NCBI RefSeq assembly: GCF_004010195.1
Contig: NC_057718.1
Location: forward strand, 8,793,181-8,842,570
DNA from: Chiloscyllium plagiosum
Taxonomy: Eukaryota
Direction of reading: 5' to 3'
DNA: 49,390 nt
How positions within the stretch are numbered: position 1 is the stretch's first letter; each line of letters starts with the position of its first letter. The position numbers and the translations under genes were made by a program. Below, piece by piece: positions 35,751 through 47,771 of the stretch. Under the pieces are notes generated by a model. That model was not told the origin of the DNA. It worked only from the letters and a program-made list of their open reading frames with translations, and did no database searches.

Positions 35751-36185
35751 GCCATGAACCTGAGGATTTGAATCTGAAAAGCAGTAGATGCTTGTTTCCC
35801 CGAACCTCTCTGTTCTGAAAGAACTCACATTTGTGTGTATAATTCTATGTAATTATTAAAGTGAGAGCGCGATAGTTGTTGGGAAAATTAAGGCTTTTTC
35901 TTTCCATTTTAGTGAGGAGTTGACAACCGTGAACATTTCCAACTGAGTGGAGCACTGGAATAGCTTTTGCCATTGTGCATGTGTTGCTGAGGTTTCTCCA
36001 AACAGGTTATTTAAGACAAGGTTATAAATTGTGCATTCTATAATCTGACATGTAAAATCCAGGGCTTCTGAGTCAAGGGCTTGTCTTCTCCATCAGCTTT
36101 TCTTTTTGTTTCTTTTTGATTGTTTTTCTCTCTTCTCTTGTCTTTCTTTTTCTTCAATTTTATTTACTAACCACTTGGCATGGTC

Positions 36186-37703
36186 TTGAGTGGGCCCAGC
36201 AGCATGGACTCGAGTGGGCCCAGCAGCACAGACTCGAGTGGGCCCAGCAGCGTGGACTGGAGTGGGCCCAGCAACACAGACTCGAGTGGGCCAAGCAGTA
36301 TGGACTCGAGTAGGCCCAGCAGCACAGACTCGAGTGTGCCCAGCAGTGCGGACTTGAGTGTGCCCAGCAGCACGGACTCGAGTAGGCCCAGCAGCGCGGA
36401 CCCGAGTAGGCCCAGCAGCATGGACTTGAGTAGGCCCAGCAGCACGGACCCAAGTAGGCCCAGTAGCACAGCCTCGAGTGGGCCCAGCTGTGCAGACTGG
36501 AGTTGACCCAGCAGTGCAGACTGGAGTGGGCCCAGCAGTGCGGACTGGAGTGGGCCCAGCAGCACGGACTCGAGTAGGCCCAGCAGCACGGACCTGTGTA
36601 GGCCCAGCAGCACAGACTTGAGTAGGCCCAGTAGCACGGACCCGAGCAGGCCCAGCAGCATGGCCTCGAGTGGGCCCAGCTGTGCAGACTGGAGTGGACC
36701 CAGCAGTGCAGACTGGAGTGGGCCCAGCAGTGCGGACTGGAGTGGGCCCAGCAGTCCAGACGTTGAGTGCACCCTGCAATACAGACTTGAGTGGGCCCAG
36801 CAGCACAGTCTCGAGTTGGCCCAGCAGCACAAACTCAAGTAGTTCCAGCAGTACGGACGTGAGTGGGCCCAGCAGCACGGACCCAAGTGGAACCAGCAGC
36901 ACAGACTTATGTAGACCCACTAGTACGGATTTGAGTGGGTCCAGCAGCACGGATTTGAGTGGGGGTCCAACAGCACAGACTTTAGTGGGCCCAGCAGCAC
37001 AGACCCGAATAGGCCCAGCAGTGTGGACTGGAGTGGGCCCAGCAGCACAGTCTCAAGCCAATCCAGCAGCACGCAGTTTATTGGGCCCAGTAGCACAAAC
37101 TCAAGTAAGTCCAGCAGTACGGACGTGAATGGGCCCAGCAGCACAGACTCGAGTAGGCCCAGCAGCACGGACTCAAGTAGGCCATCTAGTACGGATTTGA
37201 GTGGGTCCAGCAGCATGGACTCGAATAGGCCCATTAGTATGGATTTGAGTGAGTCCAGCAGCACGGACTTGAGTGATCCCAGCAACTTGGACCTCAGTAG
37301 GCCCAGCAGCACAGACCCGAGTAGGCCCAGCCGCACAGACCTGAGTAGGCCCAGCAGCACGGACTCGAGTAGGCCCAGCAGTGCAGACTGGAGTGGGCCC
37401 AGCAGCACGGACTCAAATAGGCCCAGCAGTGCAGACTGGAGTGTGCCCAGCAGCACGGACTCGAGTAGGCCCAGCAGTGCAGACTGGAGCGGGCCCAGCA
37501 GCACGGACTCGAGTAGGCCCAGCAGTGCAGACTGGAGTGGGCCCAGCAGCACGGACTCGAGTAGGCCCAGCAGTGCAGACTGAAGTGGGCCCAGCAGCGT
37601 GGACCTGAGTAGGCCGAGCAGCACACACCCCAGTAGGCATGGCAGCATGGACTCGAGTGGGCCCAGCAGCACGGACACGAGTAGGCCCAACAATGCAGAT
37701 TTG
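36186..37703. repeat. 24-bp GC-rich minisatellite, about 63 units, consensus GAGT(G/A)GGCCCAGCAG(C/T)(A/G)C(G/A)GACT(C/G/T)
   Basis: Direct tandem periodicity; 8-residue repeats in all ORF frames (SGPSSTDS, LLGPLQSA, AAGPTRVR). Confidence 0.97.
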
Positions 37704-37883
37704 AGAAGGACTATAAAGTTGAATACTTGTTCAATTTCTTCATTTGTCTGCCTTTATATTCTATGCTTTGGTTTATTTTTCTCTGTTTCCAGATGGCGCC
37801 AGAGGGTGGCGACACTATTCAATGCTTTTCACTGTATTTTGTAACAAGATGCATGTGACAGTAAATAAATCAAATCAAATCAA
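37700..37883 (+). mobile_element. 3' end of a non-autonomous retroposon with Rex1/Babar-type tail, contiguous with the minisatellite
   Basis: Homologous to 1600-1780; TTTTCACTGTA..TGCATGTGAC..(AAATC)n. Confidence 0.7.
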
Positions 37884-37887
37884 ACTC

Positions 37888-38240
37888 CATAAGACCAAGA
37901 ACTAGGAGCAGGAGTAGGCCTTGGGCCTGCTCTGCCATTTAATACAATCATGGCTGATCTCAACTCAGCCTTAACCCCACTTCCCTGCCTGCTCTCCATA
38001 ACTCTCCAACTTGTTACTGATTAAAAATCTGATTATCTCTTCCTTAAATTTACTCAATGTCCGAGCATCTTCCACACTTTGGGGAAGTGAATCCCACAGA
38101 TCCATGACCCTTTGAGAGGTCATTTCACCCCACATCTGATTTAAATCTGCTGCCCCTTATCATAAAACGATGACCTCTCACTCTAGATTGTCTCCCATGA
38201 GGAAACATCCTCTCTGCGTCTACTTTGCTAATCCTCATCA
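37888..38240 (-). mobile_element. CR1 LINE 3' fragment
   Basis: 'ctaggagcaggagtaggcc..' tail; similar to 25755-26400. Confidence 0.75.
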
Positions 38241-38244
38241 GCAG

Positions 38245-38367
38245 GGAGAAAGGGAGGACTGAAGATGCTGGAAATCAGAGTGGAGAGTGTGGCGCTGGAA
38301 AAACACAGCAGGTCAGGCAGCATCCGAGGGGCAGGAGAATCAACGTTCGGGCATAAGCCCTTCATCT
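38245..38367 (-). mobile_element. PLE terminal repeat family 1
   Basis: Minus strand cagatga-a-GGGC-ttat-GCCC-gaa-cgttga; 'gctggaaaaacacagcaggtcaggcagcatccgagg'. Confidence 0.8.
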
Positions 38368-38369
38368 GG

Positions 38370-41300
38370 TTTGTTACCCACGTGCTAGCGAGGCAACCAA
38401 TAGGCAGAGAGAGGAGTTGAACATGTGACTATAGGGATGGTGCAGGAGGGAGGGTTTGACATACCTGGATAATTGGGGCTCATTCTGGGGTAACTAGAAC
38501 CTCTATAAACAAGATGGTCTACACCTGAACCAGAGGGGAACCAATATCCTGGAGACAGAATTTGTTCATGCTCTTCAGTGGGTGGGGGCGGGGTTCAACT
38601 AATTCAGTAGGAGGATGAGAACCTGAATTGTAGTTCCGGTGTCTGGGAGGGTGAGAGTAGTGAGGTCAGAAATCAGGATTCATGATCGCAAGAGTGCACT
38701 GGCAAGCAGGAAGGTGGTTTGAAATGCATCTACTTCAACGCCAGGAGCATCCAGAATACTGTCGGTGAACTTGCAGCATGGGTTGGTACCTGGGACTTCG
38801 ATGTTGTGGCCATTTTGGAGACATGGAAAGAGCAGCGACAGGAATGGTTGTTGCAGGAACTGGGATGTAGATATTTAGTAAGAACAGGGAAGGTGGCAAA
38901 AGGAGGTGGGAGTGCAGGGTAGTGGATTGTTAATCAAGGGCAATATGACGGTGGCAGAAAGGACATTTGAGGACTCGTCTACTGCGGTAGTATGGGCTGA
39001 CGTTAGAAAAAGGAAAGGAGAGGTCACCCTGTTGGGAGTTTTCTATAGGCCTCCGAATAGTTCTAGGGATGTAGAGGAAGGCATAGGAAAGATAATTGCT
39101 GTGGAAAAGGATATGGAAGATATAGACTGTAGGGAAATAGATGGTGACATCTTGAAAAATGTCCATATTACAGAGAAGGAACTGCTGGGATGTTTTGAAA
39201 TGCATTCAGGTGGATTAATCCCCAGGACGTGATCAGGTGTACCCTAGAACTCTGTAGGAAGCTAGAGAGGTGATTGCTGGGCCTCTTGCTGAGATATTTG
39301 TATCATCGATAGTCACAGGTGAGGTGCCGGAAGACTGGAGGTTGGCTAACGTGGTGCCACTGTTTAAGAAGGGCGGTAAGGACAAGCCAGGGAACTATAG
39401 ACCAGTGAGCCTGACGTCAGTGGTGGGCAAGCTGTTGGAGGGAATCCTGAGGGACAGGATGTACATGTATTTGGAAAAGCAAAGACTGATTCAGGATAGT
39501 CAACATGGTTTTGTGCATGGGAAATCATGTCTCACAAACTTGATTGAGTTTTTGAAAGAAGTAACAATGAAGATTGATGAGGCAGTGCGAAAGATGTGAT
39601 CTATATGGACTTCAGTACGGCATTTGCCAAGGTTCCCCAAGGCTAGATCTCATGGAATACAGCGAGAACTAGCCATTTGGATACAGAACTGGCTCAAAGG
39701 TAGAAGACAGAAAATGGTGGTGGAGGGTTGTTTTTCAGACTGGAGGCCTGTGACCAGTGGAGTGCCACAAGGATCGGTGCTGGGTCCAATACTTTTCATC
39801 ATTTATATAAATGATTTGGATGTGAACATAGGAGGTATAGTTAATAAATTTGCAGATAACACCAAAATTGGAGGTGTAGTGGACAGCGACAAAGGTTACC
39901 TCAGATTACAACAAGATCTTGATCAGATGGGCCAATGGGCTGAGAAGTGGCAGATGGAGTTTAATTCAGATAAATGTGAGGTGCTGCATTTTGAAAAGCA
40001 AATCTTAGCACAATTTATACACTTAATGGTAAAGTCCTAAGGAGTGTTGCTGAACAAAGAGACCTTGGAGTGCAGGTTCATAGCTCTTTTAAAGTGGAGT
40101 CACAGGTAGATAGGATAGTGAAGAAGGCGTTTGGTATGCTTCCCTTTATTGGTCAGAGCATTAAGTACAGGAGTTGGGAGGTCATGTTGCAATGTACAGG
40201 ACATTGGTTAGGCCATTGTTGGAATATTGCATGCAATTCTGGTCTCCTTCCAATCAGAAGGATGTTGTGAAACTTGAAAGGGTTCAGAGAAGATTTACAA
40301 GGATGTTGCCAGGGCTGGAGGATCTGTGCTACAGGGAGAAGCTGAACAGGCTGGGGCTGTTTTCCCTGGAGCGTCGGAGGCTAATGGGTGACCTTATAGA
40401 GGTTTACAAAATTATGAGGGGCATGGATAGGGTAAATAGGCAAAGTCTTTTACCTGGGTTGGGGGAGTCTAGAACTAGACGGCATAAGTTTAGGGTGAGA
40501 GGGGAAAGATGTAAAAGAGACCTGAGGGGCAACGTTTTCACACAGAGGGTGGTACGTGTATGGAAGGAGCTGCCAGAGGAAGTGGTGGAGGCTGGTACAA
40601 TTGCAACATTTAAAAGGCATCTGGATGGATATATGAATAGGAAGGTTTTAGAGGAAAATGGGCCAAGTGTCGGCAATTGGGATTAGATTAGGTTGGGACA
40701 TCTGATTGGCATGGACGAGTTGTACCAAAGGGTCTGTTCCCATGCTGTACATCTCTATGATTCTATGATGTTATTATTCTGGATCGAATTGAGAGTAACA
40801 GGGTAGTTGTTATGGGATCTTTAACTTGGTAAATATTGACTGGAAATACTATAGTTCAAGTACGCCAGATGGGTCAGTTTTTGTCCAACATGTGCAGGAA
40901 AATGTCCTGACACAGTATGTAGACAGGCCAACAAGGGGCAAGGCCACATTGGATTTGTACTGGGTAATGAACCTGGCAAGGTGTTAGATTTAGAGGTAGG
41001 TGTGCACTTTGGTGATAGTTTACTTTAGCAATGGAAAGGGATAGGTATATACCACAGGGCAGGAGTTTGAGCTGAGGGAAAGGCAATTATGATGCAATTG
41101 GGCAAGATTTAGGATGCATAGGATGAGGAAGGAAACTGCAGGGGATGGGCATAATAGAAATGTGGAGCTCATTCAGGGAGCAGCTACTGCAGATCCTTGA
41201 TAAGTGTGTACCTGTCAGGCAGGAAGGAAGTGGTTGAGTGAGGGAGCCATGGTTCACTAAGGAAATTGAATCTCTTGTCAAGAGGAAGAAGATAGCTTAT

Positions 41301-42512
41301 GTTAGGATGAGATGTGAAGGTTCAGTCAGGGCGCGTGAGAGTTACAAGCTGGCCTGGAAAGACCTAAAGGGAGAGCTAAGAAGAGCCAGGAGGGGACATG
41401 AGAAGTCAGTAGTAGATAGGATCAAGGAAAACCCTAAGGCTTTCTACAGGTATATCAGGAATAAAAGAATGACTAGATTAAGATTAGGGCCAATCAAGGA
41501 CAGTAGTGGAAAGTTGTGCATGGAGTCCAAGGAGATAGTAGAAGCACTAAATGGGAATGATTTGTCAGTATTCACACTGGAAAAAGACAACGTTGTCGAA
41601 GAGATGCTGAGGTACAGTCTACTAGGCTAGATGGGATTGAGGTTCCCAAGGAGGAGGTGTTAGCATTTCTGGAAAGTATAAAAATAGCTAAGTCCCCTAT
41701 GCCAGATGGGATTTATCCTAGGATTCTCTGGGAAGCCAGAGAGGCAATTGCAGAGCCTTTGGCTTTGATCTTTATGTCATCATTGTCTATAGGAATAGTG
41801 CCAGAAGACTGGAGGATAGCAAATGTGGTTCCCTTGTTCAAGAAGGAGAGTCAAGACAATCCTGGTAATTATAGACCAGTGAGCTTAATTCGGTTATGGG
41901 TAAAGTGTTGGAAAAGGTTATAAGAGATAGGATTTATAATGATTTATAATCATTATGATCATCTAGAAAGGAATACATTGATTAGGGATAGTCAACATGG
42001 TTTTGTGAAGGATAGATCATGCCTCACAAACCTTATTGAGTTCTTTAAGAAGGTAACCAAACAGGTAGAAGAGGGTAAAGCGGTTGATGTGGTGTATATG
42101 GATTTCAGTAAGGGGTTTGATAAGGTTCCCCACAATAGGCTATTGCACAAAATACAGAGGCGTGGGATTGAGGGTGGTTTAGTGGTTTGGATCAGAAATT
42201 GGCTAGCTGAAAGATGACAGAGGGTGGTGGTTGATGGAAAATGTTCATCCTGGATTTCAGTTACTAGAGTTGTACTGCAAGGATCAGTTTTGGGGCCACT
42301 GCTGTTTGTCATTTTTATAAATGACCTGGATGAGGGCATAGAGAATGAGTTAGTAAATTTGCGGATGACACTAAGGTCAGTTGAGTTGTGGATAGTGCTG
42401 AAGGATGTTGCAGGTTACAGAGGGACAGGGATAAGCTGCAGAGCTGGGCTGAGAGATGGCAAATGGAGTTTAATGCAGAAAAGTGTGAGGTGATTCACTT
42501 TGGAAGGAGCAA
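38370..42512 (+). mobile_element. Long decayed CR1 LINE (ORF1 esterase tail, APE endonuclease, RT) split by a younger CR1
   Basis: DGLHLNQRGTNIL at ~38513; KCIYFNARSI..DVVAILETW (38719), GVFYRPPNS (38906); resumes at ~40772; [55 protein letters not shown]. Confidence 0.92.
39097..40770 (+). mobile_element. Younger 5'-truncated CR1/HER1 LINE (RT to 3' tail)
   Basis: ORFs 39270-39599, 39624-40040 (GVPQGSVLGP..KFADNTKIGG), 40174-40686; 'ctctatgattctatga' tail. Confidence 0.95.
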
Positions 42513-42784
42513 TATTTTGGGTGTAACTCTTCTTCAGGAGAGGCACATTTACTCAGGCCTTGATGGGTTTGTGCTGTGGGGAGATGCTCAGGTTGGAATT
42601 CTAGAAACAGAAGGCTGATAAGGCTAAGGGGATCTTTCATACTTCAGTAATTACGTTGATGTTAAATATTGTTTTGATGCCTTCTCTGTGATATTAATCC
42701 ACAGGAGCTGGGTGTGGCGTTGTTTGGCAGCGTGAGGGTAGATGGAGGCCCCTTTACGACTTCTGAACGTGAGCACAGAAATCA

Positions 42785-43070
42785 AGGTACTCCAGTGAGG
42801 GCTTGCTGCCGTGTTGGAGGTGTCAGCTTTCCAATGCACCGTTAAACAATGGCCCTGCCTGTTCTCTCAGGTGAACATAGACAATCCTGCAGTCTGATAC
42901 ACCAAAGAAGATCAGAGGAGCTCTCCCCTTTGTTGTGGACAACACTCTTCCTTCAATCAATGCCACAAAACCTGACGATCTGGTCATTGTCACATCGCTG
43001 TCTGTGGGATCTTGCTGTGTGCAAATTTCCTTCTGCATTTCCTACATTACCACAGCAACCTGAATTCAAG
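42785..43070 (+). mobile_element. Deu-domain SINE fragment
   Basis: 'ttggaggtgtcagctttcc..gttaaacaatggccctgcctgttctctcaggtgaac' and tail 'gatctggtcattgtcacatcgctgtctgtgggatcttgctgtgtgcaaatt'. Confidence 0.65.
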
Positions 43071-43952
43071 ACTTATTGCTGTAGAGCACTTTTATTGTGT
43101 GGTGACCATAAAAGGCACTATATAAATGCTCTGGTGTTATGGAGCGATCCACATAGGCTCTACTTAATCCAGGTAACAGTAAAGATTTTAGTTGATACAC
43201 TTCAGTTTAATAAATGGATTCAGACAGAGAAGGATTTAACTTCAATCTTTTCACCTGCAGATCAGAGCTCCACAAAATGCACAAGGCATGAACAGAAAGT
43301 TAAGCAAAAGAGATTCACGAACTAAAGGGACTGATAGGGCTCAGCAACCTTTCAATCAGGTTTTGAACATTACACACCACATTGATGTGGTGTATGAGAT
43401 GGGAACTGCTGGTTAAAGGATTAAAACAGTGTAGTCAAAAGGTACAGAAAGAGGCCATGTGGTCCAAAATGTCAGATCCTCCCAAACCTAACTATGGAGA
43501 CCCACATTGACCAGTCTGTCTGTAATGGTTACTTCATCTTCACTTCATTGCAACTCTCCGACTTCTCCCCTTACCCCAGCTCCTGGCCCACTCTAATATT
43601 GTACCAGGGCCATTTCTTCTTTAATCCCAGCAGCAAACCCATCTACAAAGGGTTCATTTATTCCCAAATCCTCTTCATCCTCTTTAATCCTCTTCCACCG
43701 GCTCTGTGCGTCACATAAGCTACTAAGCTTCCAGCCCTGCACTGACTCCAATTATTCATCAAGCTTAGGTCATCTTTATTGAATATCAGATTCATCAGTC
43801 TCCTGCAGCAGTGGTTCTAATTCCACCATATCCTCTCCAATTCAATCATGAGACAGAAGCCATACTCTTGAGATGTAGTTTTTTTCCAGAGTTTCTTTTT
43901 GTTAATTCATTTCAGCTTTGCATTGATCGGAACAAGGTGACATAACTTATTG

Positions 43953-44205
43953 GTATTCATTCACAGGATGTGGATGTCACTGACTTGACCTGTATTTATT
44001 ACCCTTCCCTCATTGCCCATTGGGATTAGGACTCAACTACATTGCTGTGGGTCTGGAGTCACATGTAGATCAGACCAGGTAAGGATGGCAGATTTCCTTC
44101 CCTAAAGGACATGAGTGAACCAGATAGGTTTTCCCAACGATTGACAGCGGTTTCATGGTCATCATTAGAATCTTAATTCCAAATGTTTATTGAATTCAAA
44201 TTCAA
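43953..44205 (-). mobile_element. tRNA-derived SINE family B, head missing
   Basis: Matches 28057-28300. Confidence 0.8.
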
Positions 44206-44899
44206 ATGCTGACGAGACAATCCCTTCATAGTGGGAATCATCCCTTAGTGAACCTTCTAATTAGTTATCGTGATGTTTACAATGTACCTGGGACATCTTT
44301 ACTGGACCAATCTGCAAATGTGCTGTATGGACCTTGACAAACTTAAAACAATGCTGGTGGGTGAGGCAAGATGGCTGGTGCCAATGGTTAGAAAAGGCAG
44401 AGGCCATTCGGCCCTTCAAGCCCAGTTGCTAGGAATACCACCATTTCAATTCCTCACCTCCCCTTTTCTCTATATGAGTTATTCTTCGATGGATTTCTTC
44501 ATCATTGTACTTTCCTTTACCCACTTCAATCTCACAAGTGTTAATTGGTCATCATTGTTGTTTAAATCCATTTTGCTTTGTCTTACTCAGACTCCAGTAA
44601 TTGCCTTTCCCACGTCATATGTTAATATTTTGAATCAGAGTCATGGTAAATTCTGAATGAAATATAAATCCTGAACCTCAGTGTGTGCAGTCAGTGTGGT
44701 GTCAGTGCACCACCTAGTGACTTTCAGCATCAGTACAATCACAGTCAGCATCTTGAACATCATAAGAGTGAACAGTTCAGACAACAGACTTGGCTTTCTG
44801 CTCATTGTTTGCCAATTGTCAAAGGAACAGAACTTAATTGAGGGATTTAGAGCATCTAATGGATACCTTGCTGTGATTTATTATATTTTCTAATCAAGC

Positions 44900-45215
44900 T
44901 GTTGCTACACGCCTGTACAGCAGGTAGGACTTGGACCTACACCTCCAAGATTAGAGGTAGGGACACTGCCAATGCACCAAGACATCCCTCAAATTGTAGA
45001 TATTTCTGTTCAGACGGATTATGATGCACCTATGGAGCAAGTAGGATTTGAACCCAGGCCTCAGGTAGTGATACTATCACTGCACCACAAGAGTAGTGCT
45101 AATTGTAGGTATTTTTAAAGCAACTTGTCAGAAATGTTATCACACACGACTGAAGCAAGTGGGACTTGAACTCAAGTGTCCTGGCTCACGGTGTGGGACA
45201 CTACCACTACACCAG
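44900..45215 (-). repeat. Three tandem diverged tRNA-like SINE heads (family C), period ~110-125 bp
   Basis: Repeated 'agca(g/a)gt(a/g)gga(c/t)ttg(a/g)ac..g(g/t)ga(c/t)act..cactgcacca' with spacer 'aattgtag(a/g)tattt'. Confidence 0.6.
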
Positions 45216-45776
45216 AGATGTCCCAGATGGGCTTTAATCTAATGCAGGGCTTCAGATTTACACAGCTTTCAGGATCTCAGGGTATCTCAGAGTACTTTGA
45301 TGGAGGATTTCTTTTGAAGTGTAGCCGCTGTTTTAAGGTAGGGGAAATGACAGTCAATTTACACACAGAAGAATCACACTGAAGGCAACATGATAATGAC
45401 CAGATTGTGTTTATAGTGAACTTGGTCAGAACTCTGCTGTGATGTGTGGTGAGGCTCAACACTCTCTTAAATAGATTCCTTTCTGGTCAACCAGGCAAGA
45501 TATTCTGACATGTTATGACACACTCTGAAGCAGGTGAGACTGGAACCATGTTGTTTGTTCACTGTCACTGGGTCAAAATCCTGGAATTCCTTCCCTAACA
45601 GCATTGTGGGTAACTGCAGCAGTTCAAGAAGGCAGCTCACCAACACCTTCTCAAGGGGCAACTAGGGACGGACAATAAAAACCACCAAGCTGTAATGGTA
45701 TGTTGTGAATGGCATTAAACAGGAAATCTGAGATGTATGCAGTAAAGGAATATTTGTAATTATGGGTGACTTTAAT

Positions 45777-46070
45777 AGTCATAGAGTCATACAGCATGAA
45801 AACAGACTCTTCAGTCCAACCAGTCCATGCCGACCATAACCCCAAACTAAACTAGTCCCACCTGCCTGCTCCTGGCCCATATCCTCCAAACCCTTTCCTA
45901 TTCACATACTTATCCAAATGTCTTTTAAACGTTGTAACTGTACCACATCCATCACTTCCTCAAAATGTTCATTCCACACATGAACTACCTTCTGTGTAAA
46001 TAATTTTCCCCTTATGTCTTTTTTAAATCTCTCTTCTCTCACATTAAAATTGTGCACTCTAGTCTTGAAA
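45777..46070 (-). mobile_element. CR1/HER1 3' fragment nested in the older CR1
   Basis: 'agtcatagagtcatacagcatg' tail; ORF 45902-46105 ERFKKDIRGKLFTQKVVHVWN. Confidence 0.85.
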
Positions 46071-47771
46071 TCTGTACGTAGGTTGGGTGAAATCAAATTT
46101 GTCACAAAACGATAGAGAAGGAATTCCTAGATTGTATACAGAATGGATTTCTGGATCAATACTGTGAGGAACCAACTAGAGAACAGGTTATTTTAAACAG
46201 GGGATTATGTACTGAGCAAAGAGTAATTGGTGATTTGTTTGTGACAGACACCTTAGGAGTGAGTGACCATGATATGATACAAGTTTTCATGAAGGTGGGA
46301 AGTGGGGTAGCTAATTCTGAGATTAGGGTCCTGAATCTTAATAAGGGAAACTATAATGGTATAAGGCATGAATTGGTAATGATGGATTGGGAAATATTAT
46401 TGAACGCAAGAACAACGGATAGACAATTGCAAACATCCAGAGAGCAAATGGGTGAGCTACAAAAATTGTTTATTTCTGTCTGGCGCAAGAATACAAAGAG
46501 GACAGTGGTTAACCCATGGCTTATGAGGAAAGTTAAAGATTGCATTAGATGCAAAAAAGAGGCACACAGATTGGCAATAAAATAGAGCTAAGGATTGGTA
46601 ATTATTTAGAAATCAGCAAAAGGAGAACACAGGGATTGATTAGGAATGGGAAAATGAAGTATGAGAGTAAGCTTGGGAGGAGAACTAATTGTAAACATTT
46701 CCATAGGTATGCAAAGAGAACAAGGTTGGTGAAGGCTAATGTAGGACCCTCACAGTCAGAAACAGAGGGAATCTATAATGGGGAACAAAGGAATAGCTGA
46801 TGAACTAAGTGCACACTTCACTTCCCTTTTCACAAAAGAAAGAGACGAATAAGAGACGAATACCAGAAATGATGGGGAACACAGAGATTACTGAGAGGGA
46901 GGAACTGAAGAAAATTAGTATTGATGAAGAAATAGTATTGGCGAAATTGATTGGATTGAAGGCTGATGGATTCCCAGGTCCTGATAATCTACATCCCAGA
47001 GGATTTAAGGAAGTGGCTGTCGATGTCCTGGGCAAGATTTCATAGACCTGGACCAGTTCCTCTTGACTGGACGGGAGCTAATGTAACCTGTCTGTTTAAA
47101 AAGGGCATCAGAGAGAAAACAGGGAATCATAGACTAGTCCATTATCAAGGATTTTACAGCAGAGCAATTAGAAAATAGTGATAGAATCAGACACAGTCAG
47201 AATGGATTTATTAAAAGCTAAATCTTGGTTAACAAATCAACAGGAATTCTTCGAGGGTGTAACTAGTGGATCGGGAGTGTCAGTGGATGTGGTTTACTTG
47301 GACTTTCAAAAGGCCTTCGATATAGTCCCACATCAGAGATTAATGTGTCAAATTAAAGTGCATGGGTTTGGGGATAGATTGGTGAGATGAATAGAAAATT
47401 GGGTAGCAGACAGGAAATGAAGAGTAGGATTAATTAGATCTTTTTCTGAATCATAGGCATTGACTAGTGGGGTACCACAGGGATCAGTACCATGTCTCCA
47501 GCTATTCACATTATAGGTGTTAGAGGAGGGAACTAAATGTAATATCTCCAAGTTTACAGGTGACACAAAGCTGGATGGGAGAGTGAGCTGTGAGGAGGAT
47601 GCAGAGAGGTTGCACTGTGATTTGGACAGACTGAGGGAGTGGGAAAATGCATGGTGATGGAGCATAATGTGAGTAAATGTGAGATTACCCACTTTGGTAG
47701 CAACGGTAGGAAGGCAGATTATGATCTGAATGGCTGTAAATATAGAGGGAGGGAACTGTTCAATGAGATCT

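Noticed and set aside
36186..37703. CRISPR array
   Set aside because: Units are contiguous with no unique spacers, there are no cas genes, and the context is a vertebrate genome
37789..37812. CTCF/YY1-like motif CCAGATGGCGCC
   Set aside because: Partial match lying inside a repeat (also at ~1690); no independent support
36093..37844. Long ORFs (285, 257, 239, 186 aa) as mucin-, antifreeze- or keratin-associated-like proteins
   Set aside because: A 24-bp unit with few stop codons opens several frames on both strands at once; no splice or domain evidence, and a 2-bp insertion near 36960 shifts frames
42849..43325. 158-aa ORF
   Set aside because: Starts within a Deu-SINE fragment; no protein motif
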